Of a stretch of DNA of 64,000 bases, positions 38,085-50,440 are shown piece by piece; position 1 is the stretch's first letter; every line of letters begins with the position of its first letter. Both the position numbers and the translations under genes were made by a program. Source of the DNA: Callorhinchus milii (taxonomy: Eukaryota). Location of the stretch: positions 74,898,001-74,962,000 of the forward strand of contig NW_024704742.1 of NCBI RefSeq assembly GCF_018977255.1, given 5' to 3'. The notes beneath the pieces are model-generated. The model did no database searches. It worked only from the letters and a program-made list of their open reading frames with translations, and was not told the origin of the DNA.

Positions 38085-38600
38085 AAGGGAATGGACAGGT
38101 TGATATGGGGTCAACAGGTCAGAGGTAGGAAGGGGCAAGGCCATGGAGGGCCTTGAAGGCAAGGATTTTGAACTGTATCCTCTGAGGAATGGGGAGCCAC
38201 TGGAGCCAGGCGAGGGAGGGGGTAATGGGGTCACGGAGCCTGGTGCAGAAGAGGACACAAACTGCAGAGTTCTGGATGATCTGCAGCTTGTGGAGGGAAA
38301 AATGGGAAGGCCGACAAAAACACGGTGTTGGTGTAGTTGAGCCAGATGTGATGAATACATGGATGAGGGTTTCGGCGGCCTGAGGGGTGAGGCAGTGGTG
38401 GAGCCGGCCGATGTTGCGGAGCTGGGGGAAAGCAGAACGGTTTATAACACGGACATGGGGTAGAAAGGATAGTTGAGGGTCAAACAAAACCCCAAGGTTC
38501 CAGACTGGCTCAGTGAGGTGGAGTGTGCAGCCATGGATGGTGATTCTGTCAATGCCTGATGTGTGGAGATGCTGATGGGAGTCAATCAGGAGAACTTTGG
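38085..38600 (-). mobile_element. L2 LINE fragment
   Basis: FDPQLSFLPHVR..LRNIGRL..AAETLIHVFITS..FKALHGLAPSYL. Confidence 0.88.
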
Positions 38601-38737
38601 TCTTGGACTCAGGGACCTAGTATTGGATTCCAATGAGGATGATGAGATAAGTATTGAGACCACTGACAAGGTAAGATAAACAAATGTAGAGATCCCACAT
38701 GAGTTGAGCCAGAAACAATACAGTTTAAGTGTATCAC

Positions 38738-39046
38738 AATAATAATAATAATCCTTGCATTTGATATAGTACTTTTCACGTCTTCTAGACATCTCAAAGC
38801 GCTTCACAGAGTATACTGTAAATATTGACCGTATATTTGTGAGCGAAACGCGGCAGCCAGTTGCACACAGCAGTGTCCCACAAACAGTCATGGATTGAAA
38901 ATGACCAATTTTTTTATTGTTTTGGAGGGATTATTATCAGGCGTGAGGTGTAAGGAAACGTGCCCAAGGTTTCGCCCTGCCTGGAATTGAATCCAGGTGT
39001 CTCGCTTGCAAAGCGAGTGCTCTAACAACTGAGCTACAGGACTCCA
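38738..39046 (-). mobile_element. Full-length SINE
   Basis: Same family sequence. Confidence 0.93.
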
Positions 39047-39759
39047 CAATGGAGAAGACATGAGGTTACCAGTTACGCCATGGTATTCAGGGACTCATCA
39101 ATGTTTGTGGACAAGAAGATCTGCAAGGAAGATAACATAAATAAGGCTGTATATGGCAAAGATTGTGATATAAAAATAAGGTCAGATGAAATTATGAGGG
39201 AAAGTTAATCCAGTCGTAGCGACAGATTACATCATAGAAAGAAGATCTGAGAGTTAAGCAAGAAGCTGTGGGGCTGGTGAGGAGTTTTGAAGAGAATGGG
39301 GAATGGTGCTGGTGTCTGGGTTACTATCTGTATTATCCAGGAGTATGGATAAACGAGCAAGAGAGTCGCTTCAACAACTGGTTAGGGAGAGTGTGTGTGC
39401 AGAAGGGAATCAAGTTTGTGGATAACCCGGAAATATTTTGTAGCAAAGTGTCTATAGGAAAAATGTGTTCACCTAACTAAATGAGGAGCTACACTGTTGG
39501 TACAAACATAGAAGCAGCAATTGTGGTTCATTCAAACTAGATTTGGAAGGGGTGGGGGGGAAGCTTTGGTTGAAAAAGAGCTCTGGCATGCTGACTACCA
39601 GGAAGAGACAAGTAAAGTTGAAATTATTATAAAACAAAAAATACGGAAAATACCTAAAAGGGCAAGAATCCCCAAAAGCAACAGATAACAAGACTCGGAA
39701 ACTGATAGGAAAGTTAAAGGGGTAAAGGGTAACAATTAGATGCATAACTAAATGCTAGA

Positions 39760-40750
39760 AGTATCTGAAATAAAATGATAGAGTTTGGTGCCATCTGCAT
39801 ACGTATGGAAGTTAACCCCATGTCTGCAGACGATGTTACCAAGGGGGAGCATATAGATATTGAAAAGGAGGTGGCCAAAGATCGTGAAAGTTGAACTGAG
39901 AGGGGAGGCAGTGGAGGAGGATAGCATAGTCAACAGTGTTGAGAGTAGCAGAGAGGTCAAGAAGGATGAGGAGGCAAAATGTTGTTTGTGATCTTGACTA
40001 AGGCTGTTTCTGTACTATGGGCAGTGCGGAAACACAATTGAAGGGGTTTGTAAGGGAGTGGTGGGAGAGGAAGGAGCAAAGCTGGGAAGCAACAATTTGT
40101 TCGATGACCTTGGAAAGAAAGGGTTGGTTGGAGATGCTTCGGTAATTTGAGAGCAGGGATGGGTCCAGGGAGTTTTTTTTTGAGGAATAGGGGTGATGAT
40201 GGCTGTTTTTTAAGCGGGTAGGAATAGTGGTCGAGATTAAGCACAGGTTAATGTCTGTTAATGGAGAAGCAAGGAGGTGGAGCAGGGAGGTAAGGAGAGG
40301 GGTAGGGATAGGGGTCTAGGAAGTAGGTGGTGGGCTTCATTTTGGACATGGAGATGCGAGGAGAGGGAGACAGGATAGAAGGTGTGGAGGGAGGGAATAG
40401 GTTGGGGCTGTAGTGTGACAGGGAGGTGGAGAGGGGGTAGGGGTACGGAAGGCAGAAGTAGCAGCCAAGTGTATCCCCTCGATTTTGGTCTTGAGAAAGT
40501 CCGGCATCTCCTCGCGATTGGAGTTGGGGATGGCTAAGGCCAAGGAGATGGAGTAGAAGGACAATTTAGTGGAGTCGAGGGTGGAGCATTAGATTTTGAT
40601 GTGGTCCAGCCAGATCTGTCAATGGATCATTAGGTAGGATTTCAGCCAGGTGCCATGACCTAGGAATGACCAAGTTGGGTAGGCTGTTGGAGGAGAAAGC
40701 CCAGGAATTCAGATGATTCCATGGCAGCAGAGAGGGAGTTGGGGAGGGTA
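39760..40750 (-). mobile_element. Degenerate L2 ORF2 relic
   Basis: HSTETALVKITNNIL; LLFNIYMLPLGNIVCRHGVNFHTYADGTKLY. Confidence 0.85.
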
Positions 40751-41556
40751 ATTATTTACAATTTTTTTTCCAACCTGTAGTATACTTTAGGTATGCAAAC
40801 TTCAGAGTATGAGGGCTGAGCTAAAAGATATAGACTGGGAGGCATTACTCAAGCACAAATCAACTGAGGATCAATGGACATTGTTAAGGAATATTCTACA
40901 GTGCATGCAGGACAAGTTTATACCCAAGTGCAGCAGGGAAAAATAAACAAAAACACACTAAAATGTATCAATAGGAAAATAAGAAATAAAGAAAGGGAAG
41001 ATTTAATAAGCGGGAAAAAATAGAATCTAATTCATATTCATCATTCTAAAAAAAATTGACCAAAAGTTTTGCTGTTTATTAATCCATGCAGCATTTAATT
41101 TGGACAAATTTATTAACCAAATGTAGTTAAAACAAATCTTCAAGTACATACAATAATCATACTCTGATTATGGGATTATCATATCTGCAGTCTGAAGCAT
41201 TTTTCAATATTTAAGAAATAATTACCTTTTAGGATAGTGGGGGTAATGTTTTTCTAATAACTAGATTTTCACTTTATGCTCTACTGAGATCATATCCTGT
41301 GATTTCATAACTTTAATGTAGTTACACTGTTTTCTTCAAATAAATACTATAGGGAACATACCATTACAGAAGCAGATGGTGTCTCCAAACAGCTTACACA
41401 TAGAAGCAGTATAGGCCGTGTCAAAAACATTGACTTTTTCTGTAAAATAGTGACACATATGATGCTGTGGATACCCCAGAGTGATCATTCACCTTCAGTG
41501 TTCTTCAGACATATTTTACATTAATACTGTTTTTATTTACAACTGTTCTATCTTAC

Positions 41557-41634
41557 CATTTGTTGTTACTAGATTGGCACCATATAACTGATGTAAAACC
41601 GTAGAAGGATCCTTTGCAAATATTGACATTTTAT
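41557..41634 (-). CDS. CYP16A1: CYP16-like coding exon 2
   Basis: ttttgcag|...|GTAAGA, 78 nt, phase 1 to 1; DKMSIFAKDPSTVLHQLYGANLVTTNG. Confidence 0.85.
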
Positions 41635-42224
41635 CTGCAAAAGCAATTTGTTAGAACTCCAGATTAAAATGGATTAAATTATGCATATAGACATTCTAGC
41701 AAGTCATTCAAAAACACACAGTTCAGGGAAGCTTGTGTAGTTGCACAGAGTGACCTCATAGAATTGTCAATGAATTATGCCAAAACAATCATAGCATTTT
41801 ATATACATTACCCACTGAACACAATAACCTTGCTTCTGGTTACCTTTATACAAACACAATGCAAACATCTACCAAAAATAGGAACAATTAAAGACTCAAA
41901 AAATCATTATGGTACATCAAATACACATCATCAAGTAGATCATAACAATTGGTGCTGCTTAGTTCAACGCTGCATATAAATCCAGGTTGATAAATACTTT
42001 TCATGATGTATATATGGACCTTGCTTATTAGCGTAATGTGTTACTTCATATTGCAATGAGGTGCTCATTCTGTTATAGCGCTATATCCAATGCAAAGATT
42101 AATTTTAAATTATATTCATGACCTGATTTTCAGGCACATTTTCAGATGACACCAAGTTGGGAGGAGGTGGGTAGGTGGGGTGGGGGAAGACTGTGGAATC
42201 AAAGGAGGCAGCAAAGACATCTGT

Positions 42225-42560
42225 GTGTCAGCCTGGTCCAGTTGGAATCACTCTCGCCTCTGAGTCAAAAGGTTGTGGATTCAAGCCTATGTTGGGACTT
42301 TGAACTTGCATGCTACTCCAATACAATACTGAGAGTGCTACATGTAGAAAGAGAAGCAAGTTTCTCCGAGTGTCTTGTCAACATTTTACAAGTGAAAATT
42401 GGTTATTCACTTCATGGCTGTTTGTGGGACATTGCTGTGAGCAAAATTGACTGCTACGTTCACAACCAAAAATACACTGTCAATAAATTCGCAGAATATC
42501 CTGTGAAATGCTTTGAGATGGTTTCTTGACATGAAAGGTGCTATACCAAACGCAAGGAAA
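42225..42560 (+). mobile_element. Ancient Deu-domain (SacSINE/AmnSINE-like) SINE relic; similar relics at about 2700-2990, 10180-10790 and 21690-22015
   Basis: cactctcgcctctgagtca..aggttgtggattcaag head; the related relics carry aaaccaaggtc..tctgcctg..aaagatcccatggcactatt; recognised by eye. Confidence 0.6.
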
Positions 42561-42568
42561 AATCAGAA

Positions 42569-42601
<33 letters not shown>

Positions 42602-44200
42602 CACCTTCAGGATATAGACCAGTAGATTGATTCAAGAGATGGCAGATTAAATATCATACTTACAGTAAAGTATGAGCTAATAGATTTTTGGAGGAAGAAT
42701 AAGGAGACCAAATATGATAAATGGTAACATTTTGAAAGGATTTGGAGAGCAGAGAGAGTGGGTTAAAATATACAAATCCTTAAAGGTGAAAAAGCTGTGA
42801 AGAAAGCTAATGGGATCCTAGGTTTTATAAACAAGGGTATAGAATATAAAACAAAACAGTTGATGTTTAAATTGTACAAATTGTGAGTTAGACCAGAGTT
42901 AGAGTATTGTGCCTAGTTTTGGTCCCTCCACTTTAGGAAGGATGTCAAAGCTATAGAGAGGGTGCAGAGGAAAATGCAGGTAAATGGAACTGAAAGTATT
43001 GCTCTTAAAAGAGACAGCACAGATACTATGGGCCAATTGACCTTCTTCTGTGTTATACATTTATAATGATAAATAATAATCCTTACATTTGGTATGGAGT
43101 CTTTCACATCAGGAGGACATCTCAAAGAGCTTCACGGGATGCAATATAAAGTGTGCATGTAGTTGTTTCAGTTCATTGAACAGATTTTCATTTTTGAGAC
43201 TTACTTCAGGGAAGCCCAAAGAAATACTAAAATGATTCTCCATTTAATGAGTAAATACTGTATAAAGTAGCAACATTTATTTTCATCAGCCAGGCATCTA
43301 AATCCATTACGATGCTTAAAATTCTCCAAACTAAGCGTTGTGAGTTTTCCACATATGCATTTTTTCCATTAGCCTAGTATGCAGTGCACACTCTCACCCT
43401 GGACACACATTGCTAACCTAATCCAAATAATTTAGGGGCAAATTAGCAGGAGTCAAGCATTAAGAACCCCCAAATTAATAATAATAAAAATAATAATCCT
43501 TGGATTTCATTTTGCCCCTTATCGCGTCTCCGAGATGTCTCAAAGCACTTCACAGAATATACGGTAAAGTGAATTGACTGTGTTTTGCAGGAAAAATGCA
43601 GCAGCCATTTACACAGAGCAGTGTCCCAGAAACAGTTCTGGATTGAGAGGCCAAAATTTGTTAATTTATTTATTGTTTTGAAGGGATATTAACCCCAGAA
43701 AAGCCAACAACAACAACAATAGAGTTGCTACTTACTGCTGGGTAGACAAGGAAACTTGCCCAATGTTTCGTCCTGCCCGGGAATCGAACCCAGGTCCTCT
43801 CGCTTGCGAGGCGAGTGGTCAAATCAGTAAGTTATGGGACTCCATGCTACAGAGTACTGTGGTTATAAACAAACATTATAGGAAACAATACTTGAATAGA
43901 GAACAGAAAATCCTCTTGAAGCACCAATCAGAAATAATGCTTTCATGAGGCTGGGGATTTCAAAACTGAATGCAACAATAAGTAGATATTAATTAAAAAA
44001 ACAAAATCATTCAATTGTAGCAATAGTTCTGATACACTAAAGTTTGCATCTTACCCAATAGGAATCAAGGATTCTGTGAGCATCGTTCAATGATTCAATA
44101 AGAATTGTTTTCACCAGATAAGTATAATGATAGCTTGTGGGACATAATCTTACAATGTGGTACTTTTTGTCCACTCTAACTGCAAAATAAGTTTACTTAC

Positions 44201-44390
44201 CACACAACATTTCTTTCATCCCTTTCACAGAGCATACAAATACAGTTGGTTTGTTGAGGAGACGTGCTTGGAAAACTCTGCTCCCAGTGTTGTGGATTCG
44301 GCTAGTGCAAAAATTCACAGGATCCTTATAAAACTCCATTGATTTATCACTCATTAAAGCAAATCCTGAACTGCCAGGAATATGAGACAT
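44201..44390 (-). CDS. CYP16A1: CYP16/CYP120-like cytochrome P450, first coding exon (exon begins at acceptor 44418; ATG at 44390)
   Basis: Encodes MSHIPGSSGFALMSDKSMEFYKDPVNFCTSRIHNTGSRVFQARLLNKPTVFVCSVKGMKEMLC, a P450 N-terminal pattern. Acceptor cccttttcag; in-frame TAA/TGA upstream of the ATG; donor G|GTAAGT (phase 1). Family name is from recognition, not a database search. Confidence 0.9.
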
Positions 44391-45451
44391 CTTGCTTCAA
44401 GACTTCCTGGATTAAAATCTGAAAAGGGATCATTAAAAATAATAATTTATATTACACAACCATCACTCCCTATTGATTATTTTAATACCTTCCAATTGTG
44501 TAACGATGGATATAATATGTAATAAGGCATTCTGACCCATGTAACAGCTTTAAAAATATAGGATCATATTTAATAATCCTATCATTTGGTATAGTCACAT
44601 CGGGAGGACATCCCAAAGCGCTTCACAGGATTTACTGTGAAGTGACTGTGTATTTGTGGACGATACTTAAATAAAATCCATCTATTAAAATGTTTGTGTA
44701 TATAAGCTGTACATCTGTTCAGTTAATATCACTCACAAGATTGGGGGGATGGGGTGGGGGGAGAAATGCAGGTTTACATTCCACCAATTGTCTGTCACTA
44801 TGTAGCACTCAGATAATGAAGGAATAAACCAGCCAACATTTTTGCATGTTTTGAGTAGTAATGAGCTGCTCAAAGAATCACAAAAAAGTTTTAATAAAAA
44901 ACTATTTTTAAAATACAGAAGGATGACTGTATTTATGGTAGAATTGTAGTTTTAGAAAAACCAATTACCTTAAGTATTCTTCTAAAAAGGAGTCTCACTA
45001 ACTCAAATCTGATGTTAAAGTCAACTTGGATTTTCATTCCTGTATCTTTTAGCCTTAAAGCAATAAGAATATTCAAAGCTGACTTGGAGGGAATCATTTG
45101 GAGGAGTAATGTAATCAAATTGCATAGGGAAATGTGGTCATTTCCAGTGCTAATAAAAGGCTTACAGCACATGGTTTACAAGTGCTGCATTATCCAGCTT
45201 TTGGCATAGGGAGGAAGCTAGTGAAACAATAAAAAACTGGATTTCCATAAATGTTTATACAATGAGAAATAAAATTACAACAATGCGATTGCTTTGGGCG
45301 TCTAGATGTTAAATGCAGATGTGCAGAAAGCCAGAGCTGAACCCAAGTAGGATAAGCACTGTGACAACAACAAATATTCAACATGCAACAAATGATATCA
45401 AACTAATGTGGGGGGAGGGTATCCCACCCCACCTACACAAACACATGTATG

Positions 45452-45826
45452 CAGTGACTGAATCTCTCTGGTACTCTCACACACACAGTGACGGGCTCTC
45501 ACACACACAGTGTCGGGCTCTCACACACACAGTGTCGGGCTCTCACACACACACACAGTGACGGGCTCTCACACACACACACAGTGACGGCTCTCTCTCA
45601 CACACACAGTGACTGAGGCTCTCTCACACACACACAGTGACTGAGGCTCTCACACAGACAGTGGCTGAGGCTCTCGCACACACAGTGACTGAGGCTCTCT
45701 CACACACACACCGTGACTGAGGCTCTCTCACACACACACCGTGACTGAGGCTCTCTCACACACACACCGTGACTGAGGCTCTCACACACACCGTGACTGA
45801 GGCTCTCATACACACCGTGACTGAGG

Positions 45827-45857
<31 letters not shown>

Positions 45858-46090
45858 ACAGTGACTGAGGCTCTCTCACACACACAAAGTGACTGAGGCT
45901 CTCTCTCTCACACACACACACACAGTGACTGAGGCGCTCACTCACACACATACAGTGACTGAAGCTCTCACTCTCACACACAGTGACTGAGGCTGTCACT
46001 CACACACACACACAGTGACTGAGGCTCTCTCACACACACACACACAGTGACTGAGGCTCTCACTCACATACACACACACAGTGACTGAGG

Positions 46091-46130
<40 letters not shown>

Positions 46131-47014
46131 GACTGAGGCTCTCTCTCACACACACACACAGAGTGACTGAGGCTCTCACTCACACACAGTGACTGAGGCT
46201 CTCTCACACACACACACAGTGACTGAAGCTCTCACTCTCACACACAGTGACTGAGGCTCTCACACACACACACACACAGTGACTGAGGCTCTCTCTCACA
46301 CACACACAGTGACTGAGGCTCTCTCTCACACACACACACACAGTGACTGAGGCTCTCCCTCACACACACACACACACACACAGTGACTGAGGCTCTCTCA
46401 CACACACACAGTGACTGGGGCTCTCTCTCTCACACACACAGTGACTGAGGCTCTCTCTCACACACACAGTGACTGAGTCTCTCACACACACACAGTGACT
46501 GAGGCTCTCTCTCACACACACAGTGACTGAGGCTCTCACACACACACAGTGACTGAGGCTCTCTCACACACACACAGTGACTGAGGCTCTCTCACACACA
46601 CACGGTGACTGAGGCTCTCTCTCTCACACACACAGTGACTGAGGCTCTCTCACACACACACACAGTGACTGAGGCTCTCTCACACACACACAGTGACTGA
46701 GGCTCTCTCTCACACACACAGTGACTGAGGCTCTCTCACTCACAGTGACTGAGGCTCTCACTCACACACACACACAGTGACTGAGGCGCTCACTCACACA
46801 CACACAGTGACTGAGGCTCTCACTCACTCACACACACACACACACACAGTGACTGAGGCTCTCACTCACACACACACAGTGACTGAAGCTCTCACTCTCA
46901 CACACAGTGACTGAGGCTGTCACTCAGACACAGACACAGTGACTGAGGCTCTCTCACACACACACACACAGTGACTGAGGCTCTCACTCACATACACACA
47001 CACAGTGACTGAGG

Positions 47015-47047
<33 letters not shown>

Positions 47048-47826
47048 TGACTGAGGCTCTCTCTCACACACACACACAGCGTGACTGAGGCTCTCACTCA
47101 CACACAGTGACTGAGGCTCTCTCACACACACACACACAGTGACTGAAGCTCTCACTCTCACACACAGTGACTGAGGCTCTCACACACACCGTGACTGAGG
47201 CTCTCTCTCACACACACACACAGTGACTGAGGCTCTCTCACACACACACACACAGTGACTGAGGCTCTCTCTCACACACACACACACAGTGACTGAGGCT
47301 CTCTCACACACACACACAGTGACTGAGGCTCTCTCTCTCACACACACACAGTGACTGAGGCTCTCTCACACACACAGTGACTGAGGCTCTCTCACACACA
47401 CAGTGACTGAGGCTCTCTCACACACACACAGTGACTGAGGCTCTCTCACACACACACACAGTGACTGAGGCTCTCTCTCTCTCACACACACAGTGCCTGA
47501 GGCTCTCTCACACACACAGTGACTGAGGCTCTCTCACACACACACAGTGTCTGAGGCTCTCTCTCTCACACACACAGTGACTGAGGCTCTCTCACTCACA
47601 CACAGTGACTGAGGCTCTCACTCACACACACACAGTGACTGAGGCTCTCTCTCTCACACACACAGTGACTGAGGCTCTCTCTCTCACACACACAGTGACT
47701 GAGGCTCTCACTCACACACACACACAGTGACTGAAGCTCTCACTCTCACACACAGTGACTGAGGCTCTCACTCACACACACAGTGACTGAGGCTCTCACT
47801 CACACACACACACAGAGTGACTGAGG

Positions 47827-47857
<31 letters not shown>

Positions 47858-48490
47858 AGTGACTGAGGCTCTCTCTCTCACACACACACACAGTGACTGA
47901 GACTCTCTCTCTCACACACACACACACAGAGTGACTGAGGCTCTCACTCACACACAGTGACTGAGGCTCTCACTCACACACAGTGACTGAGGCTCTCACT
48001 CACACACAGTGACTGAGGCTCTCTCTCTCACACACACAGTGATTGAGGCTCTCTCACACACACACAGTGACTGAGGCTCTCACTCACACACACACACAGT
48101 GACTGAGGCTCTCTCACACACACACAGTGACTGAGGCTCTCTCTCTCACACACACAGTGACTGAGGCTCTCTCTCTCACACACACAGTGACTGAGGCTCT
48201 CACTCACACACACACACACAGTGACTGAGGCTCTCACTCATACACACACAGTGACTGAAGCTCTCTCTCACACACACAGTGACTGAGGCTCTCACTCATA
48301 CACACACAGTGACTGAAGCTCTCACTCTCACACACAATGACTGAGGCTCTCACTCACACACACACACACACAGTGACTGAGGCTCTCACACACACACACA
48401 CACACAGAGTGACTGAGGCTCTCACACACACACACACACACAGAGTGACTGAGGCTCTCACTCACACACACACACACACAGTGACTGAGG

Positions 48491-48526
<36 letters not shown>

Positions 48527-48630
48527 GACTGAGGCTCTCACTCACACACACACACACAGTGACTGAGGCTCTCACTCAGACACACACACAGTGACTGAGG
48601 CTCTCACTCACACACACACACAGTGACCGA
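45452..48630. repeat. About 3.2 kb compound minisatellite, unit GTGACTGAGGCTCT(CT/CA)n(CA)n of roughly 25-50 bp
   Basis: Directly visible tandem array with a near-constant GTGACTGAGGCTCTC core and variable CA tracts. Confidence 0.98.
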
Positions 48631-48661
48631 GTCTCTCTCACTCTCTCTCTCACCCACTCAC

Positions 48662-48960
48662 CACTGCTCTCTGCCGTCCGCCCCCCGCACTTCCCCCTCA
48701 ACAGTGGGTCAACGTGTCGGGTTGTCGCTGCCTCGGCCGAGCAATCCTGTGACACCTTCACCAGTGATGGAGCGCTGCGCTGAGCAGATGGCAGCTCTTC
48801 CGCATGTCCCTGACCGGGATGAGCATCACCTCGATGGCTCTCCTCGCCAGGTACCTCTCGCCTCCAGCACCCATTGGTCAGGGAAGTGATTGACAGCTGT
48901 CCAAGACCTACCTGTGGTGAGGATCCCAGCTCAGCCCTGCCATTTGCACCCCCGGCAAAA
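48662..48960. promoter_or_regulatory. CpG-rich promoter / putative non-coding first exon of the CYP gene
   Basis: Unique-sequence CpG-rich patch about 4 kb upstream of the first coding exon; GC box ccgccccc near 48678; minus-strand donors GTG|GTGAGT (exon end 48662) and CAG|GTAGGT (exon end 48912). The first coding exon starts at a splice acceptor, so an upstream exon is needed. Confidence 0.6.
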
Positions 48961-49724
48961 GACTCCGGATTCTGCAACGAGTTAACCTTTCTTTTTTTTC
49001 CCCCCAGCAATTGGAGCCGAGAGAAAATGATTTGCAACATTGCCTGGTTTTTAAATGTCAATGTAATGTATTCTTTTGAAGGTGTCAGCTTGGCTCACAG
49101 GGGCAATGCTGCCACTTCATGTGCAGCAGTGGATTTCGAATTGAAGTTGGTTTATGTTAGTTCTGGGTCAGAGGGTTGGGGTTCAGGCAAGTTGGACCTT
49201 AAGCTGATGTCCAGGTTGACATTTCGGGGCAGAACTGTCACACTCAAGTGGGATGTTAAACAGTGCTCTAAGATGCTATCCCGCATAAATACAGGTTGTT
49301 ATTGTTTGTTGTTCTTGTTTGGTTGGGTGTAACAGATCACATTACACTATTTGTAAAGACAAGAGAGTTTATACCATTGTCTGAACCACAACCCTCCAGA
49401 TCAGTCATTTACTTTATAGCTATTTATCAAATCTATTTCAACAAAGCTGTCACATTTACATAGAAAAAAACTGTAACAATGGTTGTCGTAAAGAGCATTG
49501 GAATTTTATTGCATTTAAGGTGCTACAACAGTGAAAACTCTTACTTTTTAATGTTGCCTGAATGGGAATTTTTGGACCAAACCAAGTGGAATTTACAAGA
49601 CACTAAATGCTGAAATAAATGACAACAACTTGCATTTATATCATGTCCCTCATGCAGGGTAACGTACCAGTGCATTTATAATACTTCATATAATAAACCT
49701 TCCATTTAATATAGCACTTTATCA

Positions 49725-50120
49725 TGTTGATGTGCCTCATTTCAGAGGAGGTAAGGAAGACCACCCATTATCACCCATCTTATTCGATGTGCTCATCAAT
49801 GACGTGTTTGATGGTATCAAGGGGGAAAGACTTGGTGTATCTGTTCCAAGCCTTTCTAACAGGATTGTTTGCTGGAATAGTATTGTGCTGCTGGTGGACT
49901 TACCTGGGGACCTGTTGTGCTGTACCCTTCATCTTGAACATTGGACCACCCAGTTGGAGATGATTGTGGATGCCCCCAAGTGCGGAATCTTGGTTCTGCA
50001 CTGCTCAAGAGAAGATATTAAGGGCAATGATTGAAAGATACATCAGTCCCAGTCCTTTTGTTTGGACACTGTCCTGAAGGACCTCCCAGAGAAGGGACGA
50101 AGGGCATTCTAGTCATGTTT
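49725..50120 (+). mobile_element. Second relic of the same unusual LINE family (RT C-terminal part), interrupted by a SINE at 50121
   Basis: PLSPILFDVLINDVFDGIKGERLGVSVPSL..IVLLVD.PGDL..LEHW..MIVDAPKCGILV; nucleotide similarity to about 22645-22920. Confidence 0.7.
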
Positions 50121-50440
50121 GTCCTGTAGCTCAGTGGTTAGAGCACTCGCTTTGCAAGTGAGAGACCTGGGTTCAATTCCAGGCAGAGGGCGAAACCTTG
50201 GGCAAGTTTCCTTACTCACACGCCCAATAATAATCCTCCAAAACTAAAAACAATAATTAAATTGGTCATTTTCAATCTACGACTGTTTGTGGGACATTGC
50301 TGTGCGCAATTGGCTGCCGCGTTCGCCCACACATATACAGTCAATTCACTTTACAGTGTGTTCTGTGAAGCGCTTTGGGACGTCCTCCCGACGTGAAATG
50401 CGCTATATCAAATGCAAGGATTATTATTATTATTATTATT
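50121..50440 (+). mobile_element. Full-length young SINE
   Basis: Same family sequence. Confidence 0.95.

Noticed and set aside
45452..48630. CRISPR-like array, or an array of antioxidant response elements
   Set aside because: The spacers are just CA/CT microsatellite in a vertebrate genome with no cas genes. TGACTGAGGC has 4 nt rather than 3 between TGAC and GC, so it is not a canonical ARE.
48576..49332. 161-aa and 152-aa ORFs across the promoter
   Set aside because: They run through GC-rich promoter, satellite and SINE-relic sequence with no protein-like features.
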